This document shows positions 40,846 through 51,429 of a DNA stretch of 64,000 bases, piece after piece; within the stretch, counting starts at the first letter, position 1; the number at the start of each line of letters is the position of its first letter. The stretch comes from Cyanobacteria bacterium J06626_4 (GTDB taxonomy: Bacteria; Cyanobacteriota; Cyanobacteriia; Phormidesmidales; Phormidesmidaceae). The stretch covers positions 1-64,000 of the forward strand of contig JBCBJQ010000014.1 of the NCBI GenBank assembly GCA_038523235.1, in the 5' to 3' direction. A program made the position numbers and the translations under genes. Under the pieces are notes generated by a model. That model did not search any database, was not told where the DNA came from, and was given only the letters and a program-made list of their open reading frames with translations.

Positions 40846-42375
40846 ATGGTTACGTTACTCCTCTTTTTAGTTGCGATCGCCCTCCTTGTCTGGGGATTTG
40901 TGCGAGCACGACCGCTGGGCAAAATTGGTATCTTGGCTTGGCTGCAGTCTGTCGTCTTGATGCTGCCGTGGCTACTATTTTTTGGGTCATTTACCCTCGG
41001 CATCTACTTCAATTTGGTCGGGGTGCTGTTTTTGGTCGTGTGCTCAGTCGGGATTTACATCTACCTGGGTCGTCGCCTGCGCGCGCTGGGGCAAGACGAG
41101 CTCGCGATGCAAAAGCTGAAGACCGCCATGGCGGCATCCGATCTTACAGCAGATGATCAGACCCCCGACAATGGTGCTCCGGCGACGATGAGCGCCTCAC
41201 CCGTGACAGGCAAGGCTGACGCCACCGCCGATCCGGCCAAGGATAGTGCGGCTGACGATGAAGCGTTGCGACTACCAGCCGAAGACCAGACTTTGTTAGA
41301 AGGGATCTTTGGCATTGACACCTTTTTTCGGACTGAGACAGTGCCCTACGATCAGGGGGCCATTTTCAAGGGCAACCTACGTGGCGAGCCCGATGCCGCT
41401 TTGGCCCAGCTCACGGCCTTAGCAGACGACCGGCTAAACCAGCGATATCGGCTCTTTTTAGTGACCGACCCGAAGGGCAAACCCGTCATCGTCGCCCTCC
41501 CCAAAAGTAGCGACCCCCAGCCGCTGTCAGCTTTTCAACAAGGGGCGGCGGTACTACTCGCGATCGCGACATTCCTGACTTGCTTAGAAGCGAGCGGCAT
41601 CTTGCTCGGCTTTGACCTGCTGACTGCCCCCGATAAGTGGCCTGCTGCCCTGCCCTTTGCCTTGGGGACGATGGCCATTTTGGTCGCCCATGAAATTGGC
41701 CATGGGCTGATGGCGCAGCGCCGTGACGTGAAGCTAAGCTGGCCGTTTTTGATTCCCACCTGGGAAATCGGTTCATTTGGAGCGCTGACGCGCATTGAGT
41801 CGGTTTTGCCCAACCGCTCAGTGCTCTTTGATGTCGCCCTGGCAGGGCCAGCAGCCGGTGGCCTGTTGTCGTTTGGGCTGCTGATTGTGGGGTTTGTCCT
41901 CTCCCATCCCGGTAGTGAGTTTCAGCTGCCGGTCGCGTTTTTTCAAGGGTCGGCTTTAGTGGGTACGTTGGCCAAGATCATCTTGGGTGCAGCACTGACA
42001 GAGCCTTTGGTTGACGTTCACCCCTTTGTGCTAATTGGCTGGTTGGGGCTGATCATTACCGCGCTCAACTTATTGCCTGCCGGTCAGTTAGATGGCGGTC
42101 GCATTGTGCAGGCAATTTATGGCCGCAAAACCGCTGGCCGGGCGACCGTCATCACCGTGGCGCTACTGGCGATCGCCTCTTTAGCCAATCCTCTAGCACT
42201 GTATTGGGCGGTACTGATTTTGTTTTTGCAGCGCCAGCAAGAGCGACCGGCTACTAATGAAATCACCGAGCCCGATGATGCCAGAGCGGCCTTAGGGCTG
42301 CTGGCCCTCTTTTTGACGCTGGCGACGCTGCTGCCATTGACACCGTCTCTAGCCGGACGATTGGGCATCGGTTAA
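40846..42375 (+). CDS. Site-2 protease (M50 family)
   Basis: HEIGH, VALAGP, NLLPAGQLDGG. Confidence 0.93.
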   Translation: MVTLLLFLVAIALLVWGFVRARPLGKIGILAWLQSVVLMLPWLLFFGSFTLGIYFNLVGVLFLVVCSVGIYIYLGRRLRALGQDELAMQKLKTAMAASDLTADDQTPDNGAPATMSASPVTGKADATADPAKDSAADDEALRLPAEDQTLLEGIFGIDTFFRTETVPYDQGAIFKGNLRGEPDAALAQLTALADDRLNQRYRLFLVTDPKGKPVIVALPKSSDPQPLSAFQQGAAVLLAIATFLTCLEASGILLGFDLLTAPDKWPAALPFALGTMAILVAHEIGHGLMAQRRDVKLSWPFLIPTWEIGSFGALTRIESVLPNRSVLFDVALAGPAAGGLLSFGLLIVGFVLSHPGSEFQLPVAFFQGSALVGTLAKIILGAALTEPLVDVHPFVLIGWLGLIITALNLLPAGQLDGGRIVQAIYGRKTAGRATVITVALLAIASLANPLALYWAVLILFLQRQQERPATNEITEPDDARAALGLLALFLTLATLLPLTPSLAGRLGIG

Positions 42376-42452
42376 AACTGGGCGTTTGCTCAACCGATCA
42401 GACTGCAGACTGTCAGCCTCCCAATGGAGAAACTCGCAGGGTGAGCGGTGGC

Positions 42453-42668
42453 TCAAAAGATCATGAGATCGAGTTCAGCATCGCTGAGCGCTTCGCTACC
42501 GACAAGCTCGGTGCGAACCAAAAGATAGCGGCTAGTGTAAATTGAGGACTGCTTAAAGCGAGGATTAGGCTGACCGACTTGAGCATCGGCTTCAGCGTAG
42601 GCTTCGAGATATTCTGGTGCGATCGCCCCTTGACGAGCAGGCCGCGATCGATCTTTAGAAACGGTCAT
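42453..42668 (-). CDS. Small hypothetical protein
   Basis: 71 aa from ATG 42668, contains HIP1, protein-like composition. Confidence 0.55.
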   Translation of the reverse strand: MTVSKDRSRPARQGAIAPEYLEAYAEADAQVGQPNPRFKQSSIYTSRYLLVRTELVGSEALSDAELDLMIF

Positions 42669-43065
42669 AACCAACCACGATGATGTGTTCGACGTACACA
42701 ATACTGAGCTTCTGCAGCATTAGGCCGCGAACTTTTGGAAGCCTTAAGGAATCCCTGTCTCACCGTGACATTGTTTAACGTGGCCCGCCGTGGTCGCGGC
42801 CTCAGTCAACAGATCCTTTGGTCGCAGCGCGGACACTACCCCTCCTGTGAGCCGTTATTTGACCAGATTGTTGTTGAGTCCGAGCAAAACATGGTCAGGG
42901 ATGCATGCTCAATAGGTCTGGCTTGCAGAGCCGTGCCTCGGCCAGTGGTCGCTCATCGTGTGCAGCTCTCCACGGTGAAAACCATTAAGCGGTGCCCGAT
43001 GGGTGCCGCGATCGCCCCACGGGTGATAAATCTGGATCAACTCTAAAAAATCTGATTGATTGACA

Positions 43066-43398
43066 TCAGTCGTTCTGAACATCAAAATGCTTCGCGGCTT
43101 TCTCAAAAGCGCTTGTTAGATCGCTCCAGGCACTGTCAAAACCCTTTTTCAATTCTTGCCAAGCCGCTTCACTCGCAGTGCTCATCTCTTCCCATTTGCT
43201 CGACAGGGCATCCCGCTGAGCAGACAGCTCTTCAACGATGCTGTGATAGTTGATTTCGGCATCTGCTTTAGCCGCAGCAGCTTTGGCCTTATATTCGTCG
43301 ATGCGAGCATTGAGTTTATCAAGCTCAGCTTTGACCTTAGCTTGATAAGCCTCGCGTTCCTTGGCGGTCGGTAGTCTGTCCGGCATGTCGATAGCCAT
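43066..43398 (-). CDS. Small coiled-coil protein (sll1863-like)
   Basis: EAYQAKVKAELDKLNARID...AWQELKKGFDSAW; ggagg RBS before ATG 43398. Confidence 0.8.
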   Translation of the reverse strand: MAIDMPDRLPTAKEREAYQAKVKAELDKLNARIDEYKAKAAAAKADAEINYHSIVEELSAQRDALSSKWEEMSTASEAAWQELKKGFDSAWSDLTSAFEKAAKHFDVQND

Positions 43399-43732
43399 GG
43401 GATGTCCTCCAATTTGACGATAAAAACAGAGTTCGCAGCCCAATCGCGATCTGGATATTTTGAGGATTTGACACGTTGTTAACCTGTTCGAATTGAGGCT
43501 GTTATGCAGCAAGCAGCTTTGAGCGCATGAACGATTTCGAATCAGGAACTTAACAGGTGCTATTTAATCGTAGCTATTTCCAGAATTTTCCGTCAGAAGA
43601 CACCGTACGAACCTCGCAAAGCGGTGGCAGTCTACTGAATGGACGCGACTCGCCCATAATGCCTAGCTGTCGGCGACTGCGTCAGAGCCCAGGCAGACAG
43701 CATGGGGGCTTCAATAACGGAGACGTTGCTTT

Positions 43733-43738
43733 TAGACT
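43733..43738 (+). promoter_or_regulatory. -10 element of rnpB
   Basis: TAGACT 7 nt upstream of the RNA 5' end. Confidence 0.5.
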
Positions 43739-43745
43739 AGAGGCG

Positions 43746-44119
43746 GGAAAGAGTCAGCGAGGCGGTTACGGGTTGGCTTTGCCAACTTGAGGAAAGTCCG
43801 GGCTCCCGAAAGACCAGACTTGCTGGGTAACGCCCAGTGCGGGTGACCGTGAGGAGAGTGCCACAGAAACATACCGCCGATGGAGCTTGGCTCACAGGTA
43901 AGGGTGCAAGGGTGCGGTAAGAGCGCACCAGCAGCATCGAGAGGTGCTGGCTCGGTAAACCCCGGTGGGGAGCAAGGTCGCAGGGGTCATGGTTGGTCTT
44001 TTTCCAGCCCCGCTTTTGGTGTACCGCATGAGGCGTCTGGTAACAGCCGTCCCAGATAGATAATCGCCCTCTCGGCTTGGCCTGAGAGAACAGAACCCGG
44101 CTTATGTCTGGCTCTTTCC
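43746..44119 (+). ncRNA. rnpB: RNase P RNA (type A)
   Basis: GAGGAAAGTCCGGGCTC, AGTGCCACAGAAA, GGTAAACCCC, ACAGAACCCGGCTTA; P1 ggaaagagtcag / ctggctctttcc. Confidence 0.97.
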
Positions 44120-45054
44120 TACTTTTTGAGACTGTCTAAAGCGAGCCGTAGCTGGCCCTGGTGCGACTCTAGACAAGCGTCTGCAGCGGCTAACGTTAGC
44201 TCGCCCCAGTGCATTAGCAGCGCCGACTTGACCCGCTGCTGGCTCCGATCAAGCAGGTCAGCCGCTGCTGCCCGATCAAGCCCGGTCAAATCACTGAGCA
44301 TGCGAATGGCCCGATCGCGCAGCTTAGTGTTGGTCACAGCCACATCAATCATGCGGTTGCCGTAGACCTTACCCAACTGCACCATGACACCGGTGGAAAG
44401 GATGTTGAGCGCCATTTTGGTCACCGTCCCGGCCTTGAGGCGAGTAGAGCCGGCCAGCACCTCAGGGCCAACCAGCAGGCGAATATCGACGTCGTAGTGG
44501 GCCGGTACCTGGTCAGGCGGCACGCAAGCCATGAAAATAGCGATCGCCCCACGCTGCTGGGCGGCCTTGAGAGCGCCATGGACATAGGGGGTGGTACCTC
44601 CGGCGGTAATGCCAACCACGACGTCGTGGGGGCCAATGCGATGGTCGTGAATCACCCTTTCGCCATCTGCGGCGATATCTTCTAACCCCTCTGAACTGCG
44701 CACTAGGGCAGCGGCCCCTCCAGCAATCAGTCCCTGCACTAACTCCGGTGGTGTACAAAATGTGGGTGGACATTCGGCAGCATCTAACACACCAAGACGG
44801 CCACTGGTACCGGCCCCCACATAAAAGAGACGCCCGCCCGCCCGGAGCGCCGCCGCCGTCTGCGTAATCGCCTCAGCGAGGGCTGATTTGGCCGCGGCGA
44901 TCGCCTGCAGAGTATTGTGGTCTTCCGCATTCACCAATTCCACAAAAGCTAAGGGTGAGAGCTGGCCTAAAGACTGGCTGGCGGGGTTCGCCTGCTCAGT
45001 CAATAAATAGCCGCGATCGGTTAAGTCCTCGGGCTGAGAGGCAGGGGATGTCAC
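44119..45054 (-). CDS. murQ: N-acetylmuramic acid 6-phosphate etherase
   Basis: LLTEQANP, GAGTSGRLGVLDAAECPPTF, GPEVLAGSTRLKAGT. Confidence 0.95.
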   Translation of the reverse strand: MTSPASQPEDLTDRGYLLTEQANPASQSLGQLSPLAFVELVNAEDHNTLQAIAAAKSALAEAITQTAAALRAGGRLFYVGAGTSGRLGVLDAAECPPTFCTPPELVQGLIAGGAAALVRSSEGLEDIAADGERVIHDHRIGPHDVVVGITAGGTTPYVHGALKAAQQRGAIAIFMACVPPDQVPAHYDVDIRLLVGPEVLAGSTRLKAGTVTKMALNILSTGVMVQLGKVYGNRMIDVAVTNTKLRDRAIRMLSDLTGLDRAAAADLLDRSQQRVKSALLMHWGELTLAAADACLESHQGQLRLALDSLKK

Positions 45055-45205
45055 AGGGCGTTCTCCAAAGCGGCGGGAATAAGTCTGACCAGACGAGACC
45101 GGTCGGGCAGGCGGGGCAGCAGCGTTCTAGCCAGCGGGGAGCGCAGTCAGCTGCCGGTCAGCTTCGCCTCGATACTGCCCGCGACAGCTGGCCGTCATCG
45201 TCTGA

Positions 45206-45595
45206 TTAGAGCAGCTTTTCGAGCTGTTGCCGAATGCTGTCGAGTTCTTGATTGGATAAGCGCGATTCGTCAGCGGTGGGGGGCACTTCTTCGACAGCAT
45301 TGCCGTCTGGATCCCAGTCTGTCTGATCAACGCTGTTCTCTGGCGGCACCATCAGTGCCCCCGAGGCCACGAGTTTGGCTTCAAAGCCCGCTTCGGCACA
45401 AAATTCTTCGATATCGCGCTGATCAAATTCTTCGACCGTGGGAGAGGGAAAATCTTGAGCCTCTAGCATGAGAGCAAAGCGGGTGGCATCGTCTGCGTCT
45501 TCAAATATTAAAACGGTGTTTTTGCCATTGGCCTGCAACGAATGAATGCCTTCGTTGTCGGTTCCCGCGTTGAACAAGAGCACGTAGACTTGCAT
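45206..45595 (-). CDS. DUF3110 family protein
   Basis: VLLFNAGTDNEGIHS, FEDADDATRFALMLEAQDF. Confidence 0.85.
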   Translation of the reverse strand: MQVYVLLFNAGTDNEGIHSLQANGKNTVLIFEDADDATRFALMLEAQDFPSPTVEEFDQRDIEEFCAEAGFEAKLVASGALMVPPENSVDQTDWDPDGNAVEEVPPTADESRLSNQELDSIRQQLEKLL

Positions 45596-45800
45596 GAGTC
45601 TCTAATCCGGTTTTCATCTGTAAGCGTCAATTTTAAGTATCTTATGGGCAGCGAGACGATTTAAGTCAGGATGTGGGCTTAAACTTAGTGACCAAATTAG
45701 TCAGGGAAGCCGTTAGACCGCTCAAGAGTTGGTAATGTTTTTAATGGCCGACGGGACTTTCCCGACCGTGGAATGCATCAGAACACAGGTATGAGGGGTC

Positions 45801-48800
45801 ATGAGTAACGGGTCATCGCCAGAGCCGGAACCAACTAATGCAAAACAACGGCGTCGAATTTGGAAGACGACCGGCTTAACGCTTGGCGCGATCGCGATTC
45901 TCGGTGCGGCTGGGGGCACCTTGGCCGCTTGGATCTTTGTAAATGAGCGGCTCTCGCCCTGGGCCTCGCAGCAGCTGAGCGATACCCTCGATCGCCCGGT
46001 CTATCTGGGCGAAGTAGAGCGGGCCTCGTTAACCGGTGTGCGGTTTGGTCAATCGGCGATGCCAGCGACTGAGGATGACCCCGATCAGCTCGTGGTCGAG
46101 ACGGTGACGATTCGGCTGAATCTGCTGCAATTGCTGACGCGCACCCTGCGACCGCGCATTACCTTTGAAAATCCGATGGTGTATGTCGAGCAAAATGCCC
46201 AAGGGGAATGGCTGGACATCGACTTTGACTTCGACGATGACGACGATGATGAGGAAGACGAGGATCGCGATCCCTTCATTCGCGTTAGCCCCATCGTCGA
46301 AATTCTGAACGGCGAACTGACGGGCCTGCCCTACAGTGAAGCCCCAGCGACGGCGAGTCCGCTCAACATCAACGCGATCACCGGTTCGGTCGAAGTGGCC
46401 CAGGTCGAGACGGCTGATTTTAGCGATCAAGAGACCTTAGTCAAAGCGCAAACGATTACCTTTGATGTCAGCGCCGAGCCAGAGAACGCCGGGACACTGG
46501 TCGTTAGCGGGGTGATTCAGCAGCCAGAGAGCAATGAGGACGATGGGACGGCATCGGCGATCGCCGCCAACCTGGCTCTCCAAGCCCAGGGCCTAGATTT
46601 AGGCATTCTGTCGCCGGTGCTGCTAGCGAGCCTGCCCCAAGATCTGCCCTTCGACGTGACGTCAGGTCTGCTCAACGGCAATCTGGAGGTCAGCCTTGCC
46701 CCCGAGACCGAACCCAGTCTGACGGGTACCGCCAGCCTGCGGGATGGGGCGATCGCCTTTGACGCCTTGACCACGCCTTTCACCGATATCAACACGCAGG
46801 CGCAGTTTCGCGATAATGGCGTCCGCTTAGATGAGATCACGGCCGATTTTGGTGAGATGTCGGCGGTGGCCGCTGGCACCATTGACACGCGCAACGGCTA
46901 TGACCTCACCGGCGAAATTTTTCCCGTAGCACTGACTGACATTGCTGCGGCCTTCGACTTCGAGCCACCAATTCCCGCCGAAGGCACGCTCAGAGCCGAG
47001 GCGGTCGAAATTACGGGGCCTTTGACGCAGCCTCTAATCGCGGGCAATATCCTCTCGACGGATGTCGTGACGCTCGATAAAGTTCAGTTCGCGAATATGG
47101 CCACCCGGCTCAGCTACAGTGCTGCCGGTTTAGCCTTTGCCAACTTATCTCTAGAGCCCTTAGCGGGCGGTAGTCTCACCGGTGAGGGCGCCCTGTCTTT
47201 TGGTCGGCCAGCGACCTTGGCCTTGCAGCTAACCGGCCAAGACCTACCCGCCGATGCCATTGGGCAGGCCTATGGGTTGCCGGAAACAGTGGTCATCGGT
47301 CCAGTCGCCCTAGAGGCTGACATCACCGGCCCAGTGAATGACCTCAGTGGTTTGGTGACCTGGAACGCCCCAGGCGGCACCTATCCCACCAACGGCACGG
47401 CAGAAATTGCAGCCAATACTGTGGTGGTGCAAAATGCCGCGATTGCCGGCGGCACTGCTTCGGGCACGGCAACCCTCAACGCGGGCCAATGGACAGCGGA
47501 CGTCGCGGCCCAGGGCTTGCAATTGGGCGTGTTTAATCGCTCGCTAGAAGGTGTGGTTGGCGGTGGTGATGTTCGACTGGCGGGCAGCACAGCTGATTTC
47601 TCCCTGCGGGGGATTCGCGGTGATGGTGACATCACCGCCGCGCTGCTCGGGGGAACGTTCAACAGTCAGGTGGCCTTAGCCAACGGCGCGTGGACGGCGG
47701 ATGTGACCACCCGCGACTTTCCCGTTAATCAATTTGCCGCGAATATCCCCGTCGATCGCATCAATGCCGATGCGCGACTTTCGGGGACAGTGGATGACTT
47801 TAGCCTGACAGCACTGCAGGGTGAGGGGACGGTAGCAGCAGCGATCGCAGGCGGTACGGTCACCAGCGATTTTCGCTTAGCCAACGGGGCGTGGCAGGCC
47901 GACGGCCAAGGCAGCAGTTTGCAGTTGGGGCAGCTTTCACCAGAGCTGCAGGGGACGGGCGACGCCACCTTCCAGCTGGCGGGCAATTTGGATGAGCTGA
48001 CGCCTGCTGGGGTACGGGGCCGGGCTAATATTCGGCTATCAGATGGCTTGGCGACCCTGGCGGGCACCAACGCCGCCCTGGCGCAATCGAGATCGCCCCT
48101 CGATGCCAGTCTCGCTTGGGATGGCCGCCAGCTGCAAATTGAGCGGTTAGAAACGGCGGGTCTGTTTGCGAGCGGCACTGTGACGCCGCAGTTTACCGGC
48201 CCCAATGCCCCCAGCATCGCCGCGATCGACCTGGGGCTGATCGCCGAAAACTACGACTTAGCGACCCTGCCCATCGATTTGCCGCCCGTGTTGGGACTCG
48301 AGGGCCAGGCCGATTTTCAAGGTCGCCTCACGGGCACGCCTAGCGCCCTGAATTTTGCGGGCGATCTAGCCCTGGCTGATTTGGCCCTCAACGACTTGGT
48401 GTTTGAGCCCTTGCTGACCGGCGACGTGGATTTCTCCTCCCAAAATGGGCTCGTGGTTTCACTACTGGGCGTAGAGGATGAAATTTCCGTCACCTTTGAT
48501 CCGCAGCCCCGACAGCTCGATGTGACGGTGCGCGCGGGCGAGTCGCTGGCGATCGCCACCACTGAGGGCAATCTGCTGCAGGCGCAGCTTTACAGCTTCC
48601 CCATTTCGGCCTTAAATCTGCCACCGGCCGACTCGGAATACGGCACGCTGCGCGGCCAGGTCGAGTTTGCCAATGCCACCGTCAATCTGAACGATTTCAG
48701 CACGACCGGACAGTTTGATGTGCAAAATTTGGGCATCGGTTTCTACAGCGTCGATCGCCTCTTTGGCGGCTTTTCCTACGCTGACGGGGTGGCTCGGTTG

Positions 48801-51422
48801 GCTAACGGTCAAATCCTTATGGCCGATCGCGATGCTCGCGGGGTGGCGATCGCCACCCGCACCTACGATGTGTCGGGCCGCTACGGCTTTAACCAATCGC
48901 CGCAGCTACAGGCCACCCTATCAACTGATGCCGGGGAACTGCGCGACGTTTTAGAAGTGCTCAAAATTCAGGAGCTGGCCGACCTTAGGCGCGGCTTTAA
49001 GCCCAACGAGGGCTTCATTCCCAACTCTCCGGAAGAAGCGGAAGCTATTTTGGCCACGACGGCTGCGGGCAATCCCAACGGCACTCTGCTCGATCAGCTG
49101 CGGCGGCTCTCAGAAATTATGGAGCTGGAAGTCCAGGAAGAGATTCAGGCCAGTCAATCGACCATTCCGCCTCTCAGTGAGTTGCAGGGTGCCTTTGATG
49201 GCGTGGTGAATGTCTCGGCTGATCTGCCCGAGGATCTGCGAGTCACCTTTGATCTCAACGGGCAAGCTTGGCGCTGGGGGCCGGACATTAGTGCGGATGT
49301 GGTGTTGGCCCAGGGCGGCTATCGCAACGGCCTGATCACCCTGGCCCCCCTGCAATTTAGCTCTCAGGGCGAAACTGAAACCTCCTCTGTCATCCTGGCC
49401 GGTGAGTTTTCTATTGACCCGGCGGATAATGAAAACCGCCTCATGACCCTCGAAGTAGTCAACCTCCCCAGCCGCCAGCTAGAAGATTTGGCAAATCTGC
49501 CCTTTGCGTTGACCGGCGATGTCAACGGCACTGCCGAGCTGCGGGGCCGCTTGAGTGCGCCCAATCTCTCTGGTCAGCTGCAGATTGCCAATGGCACCCT
49601 CAACAATGCCCCGATCGAACAAGTAGAAGCAACCTTTTCCTATGTCAATGCGCGGGCGGGGCTCGATGCTGAGCTGCTGCTCGTCGGGTCGGATGACCCG
49701 CTGACGCTATCGGCACGGGGGCCTTACCAGCTGGGCTTTGTGGCGCAACCGCCCACTGACACCAGCTACCGCCTCGTCGCCAATGTCAAAGATGAAGGGT
49801 TTGCCCTGTTAAACCTGTTTACCCGTCAGATCGCCTGGGAGTCGGGCGCCGGCACGATGATTTTGGATCTACAAGGTGATACCGCTCAGAATAACGGCAT
49901 TCCCAGCGAATTTCAGGGGCTCGTGACGCTGACTGGTGCCACGATCTCGGCCGCCGCTTTGCCGGTGCCGATGACTGACATCACCGGACGCATCCGGCTA
50001 TCGCCCGCTAATTTTGGCAGCATCGTCGTTGAAGATCTCACCGGCCAGTTTAGTGAAGGCCAACTTATGGCAGAAGGGGTGTTTCCTCTGTTAGTGCCCT
50101 TACCCAGCCAAGAGGCGGCTGAGGCCGATCCTAACGCCGATAGTCCAGAAGCAACGGTGGATGCCCCACCATCAGAAGACGGTTCAGAGATGGAAGACAC
50201 CTCAGAGACCGCAACTGCTCCACAGGCTGAAGACGATTCAGAGACCGCAGCTGCTTCAGAAACTGAAGATGACAATAGTTTCTCCGCTCAGATTCAAGAC
50301 AGCTTTGATGCCCAGCCTCTAACTGTAGACCTAGAAAACATTGCCCTCAACCTGCGGGGGCTGTACAACGGGCAAGTCAATGGCGAGACACAACTGCTGG
50401 GCAGTTTATTGTCAGGACCGGTGCTCTCCGGTGAAATTGATCTCACGCGCGGCACGATTACGATTCCTGAGGGCAACGATGCGGCTCCCGTCACCACATC
50501 AACGAACGATCGCTCAACGCGCGAAAACCCACTCCCCCCCCTGCGGTTTGACAACTTACGTTTGGTGCTAGCCCGTAATATCAACATCGTGCAGGGTAAT
50601 TTGCTGGATGTCAGAGCACGCGGCGGGATGCGGCTGGACGGCACCATTGATAATCTGCGGCCAACGGGGACGATTCAACTGCCCTCAGGCCGGGTGGGGC
50701 TCTTTACGGTGGCGCTGAGACTAGCTGGCGATAACGATCGCGCCGAGTTTCGCGGCAGTTTTGACCCCATCCTTGATGTCACCCTTCAGACCTCTCTGCC
50801 CGATGCCTCTTCCTTTAGTCAGGGCATTGGGGTGACGACGAGCCCCTTCCCCCAAAATGAAGTGTCAGATAACACCCTCAATGAGATTGGCCTCACCCAA
50901 CAGGGCAACACTCTGGTGCGCATCAATGCCCGCTATACGGGCAAAGCCAGCGAACTCGCTGATCTGACGACCGATTCGAGAAATTTGGAATTAACGAGTT
51001 CGCCCTCACGGTCTGAACAAGAAATCATCTCGCTGCTCAGCGGCAATGTGATTGGCGCATTGGACGCATTAGGCAACAGCGATGATGCCCTGGCCGGGCT
51101 GGGCACATTTTTGGGCTCGGCGCTGTTAAGCAACGTTCGAGACTTTTTGGGTGACACGATTCCGCTGAGTGAGTTCCGCATCTTTCAGGTGAATGAGAGC
51201 AGTGGTGGGGTCAACGACTCAGAGGATATCGGCGGTGAAATCGGGTTCGACGTCACCTCTAACATCTCTGTGTCGGTACTCAAGGTCTTGACCGATGACA
51301 CGCCCTTTCAATTCAACACCCGCTATCGATTAAGTGATCAGTTCACTCTGCGCGGCACCACCAGCTATCAGGATTTCAGCGAGCGCACCGGAGTCTTGCT
51401 AGAGTATGAAACGCGGTTTTAA
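45801..51422 (+). CDS. tamB: Translocation/assembly module TamB (AsmA-like, DUF490)
   Basis: 1873 aa, N-terminal anchor, beta-rich repeats, C-terminal LTSSPSRSEQEIISLL ... EYETRF. Confidence 0.88.
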   Translation: MSNGSSPEPEPTNAKQRRRIWKTTGLTLGAIAILGAAGGTLAAWIFVNERLSPWASQQLSDTLDRPVYLGEVERASLTGVRFGQSAMPATEDDPDQLVVETVTIRLNLLQLLTRTLRPRITFENPMVYVEQNAQGEWLDIDFDFDDDDDDEEDEDRDPFIRVSPIVEILNGELTGLPYSEAPATASPLNINAITGSVEVAQVETADFSDQETLVKAQTITFDVSAEPENAGTLVVSGVIQQPESNEDDGTASAIAANLALQAQGLDLGILSPVLLASLPQDLPFDVTSGLLNGNLEVSLAPETEPSLTGTASLRDGAIAFDALTTPFTDINTQAQFRDNGVRLDEITADFGEMSAVAAGTIDTRNGYDLTGEIFPVALTDIAAAFDFEPPIPAEGTLRAEAVEITGPLTQPLIAGNILSTDVVTLDKVQFANMATRLSYSAAGLAFANLSLEPLAGGSLTGEGALSFGRPATLALQLTGQDLPADAIGQAYGLPETVVIGPVALEADITGPVNDLSGLVTWNAPGGTYPTNGTAEIAANTVVVQNAAIAGGTASGTATLNAGQWTADVAAQGLQLGVFNRSLEGVVGGGDVRLAGSTADFSLRGIRGDGDITAALLGGTFNSQVALANGAWTADVTTRDFPVNQFAANIPVDRINADARLSGTVDDFSLTALQGEGTVAAAIAGGTVTSDFRLANGAWQADGQGSSLQLGQLSPELQGTGDATFQLAGNLDELTPAGVRGRANIRLSDGLATLAGTNAALAQSRSPLDASLAWDGRQLQIERLETAGLFASGTVTPQFTGPNAPSIAAIDLGLIAENYDLATLPIDLPPVLGLEGQADFQGRLTGTPSALNFAGDLALADLALNDLVFEPLLTGDVDFSSQNGLVVSLLGVEDEISVTFDPQPRQLDVTVRAGESLAIATTEGNLLQAQLYSFPISALNLPPADSEYGTLRGQVEFANATVNLNDFSTTGQFDVQNLGIGFYSVDRLFGGFSYADGVARLANGQILMADRDARGVAIATRTYDVSGRYGFNQSPQLQATLSTDAGELRDVLEVLKIQELADLRRGFKPNEGFIPNSPEEAEAILATTAAGNPNGTLLDQLRRLSEIMELEVQEEIQASQSTIPPLSELQGAFDGVVNVSADLPEDLRVTFDLNGQAWRWGPDISADVVLAQGGYRNGLITLAPLQFSSQGETETSSVILAGEFSIDPADNENRLMTLEVVNLPSRQLEDLANLPFALTGDVNGTAELRGRLSAPNLSGQLQIANGTLNNAPIEQVEATFSYVNARAGLDAELLLVGSDDPLTLSARGPYQLGFVAQPPTDTSYRLVANVKDEGFALLNLFTRQIAWESGAGTMILDLQGDTAQNNGIPSEFQGLVTLTGATISAAALPVPMTDITGRIRLSPANFGSIVVEDLTGQFSEGQLMAEGVFPLLVPLPSQEAAEADPNADSPEATVDAPPSEDGSEMEDTSETATAPQAEDDSETAAASETEDDNSFSAQIQDSFDAQPLTVDLENIALNLRGLYNGQVNGETQLLGSLLSGPVLSGEIDLTRGTITIPEGNDAAPVTTSTNDRSTRENPLPPLRFDNLRLVLARNINIVQGNLLDVRARGGMRLDGTIDNLRPTGTIQLPSGRVGLFTVALRLAGDNDRAEFRGSFDPILDVTLQTSLPDASSFSQGIGVTTSPFPQNEVSDNTLNEIGLTQQGNTLVRINARYTGKASELADLTTDSRNLELTSSPSRSEQEIISLLSGNVIGALDALGNSDDALAGLGTFLGSALLSNVRDFLGDTIPLSEFRIFQVNESSGGVNDSEDIGGEIGFDVTSNISVSVLKVLTDDTPFQFNTRYRLSDQFTLRGTTSYQDFSERTGVLLEYETRF
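50175..50273 (+). repeat. In-frame 36-bp tandem repeat in the tamB acidic linker
   Basis: gaagacacctcagagaccgcaactgctccacaggct / gaagacgattcagagaccgcagctgcttcagaaact plus partial copies. Confidence 0.75.
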
Positions 51423-51429
51423 GCAATAG

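Noticed and set aside
43557..43937. ORFs overlapping rnpB
   Set aside because: Explained by the RNase P RNA gene and its promoter.
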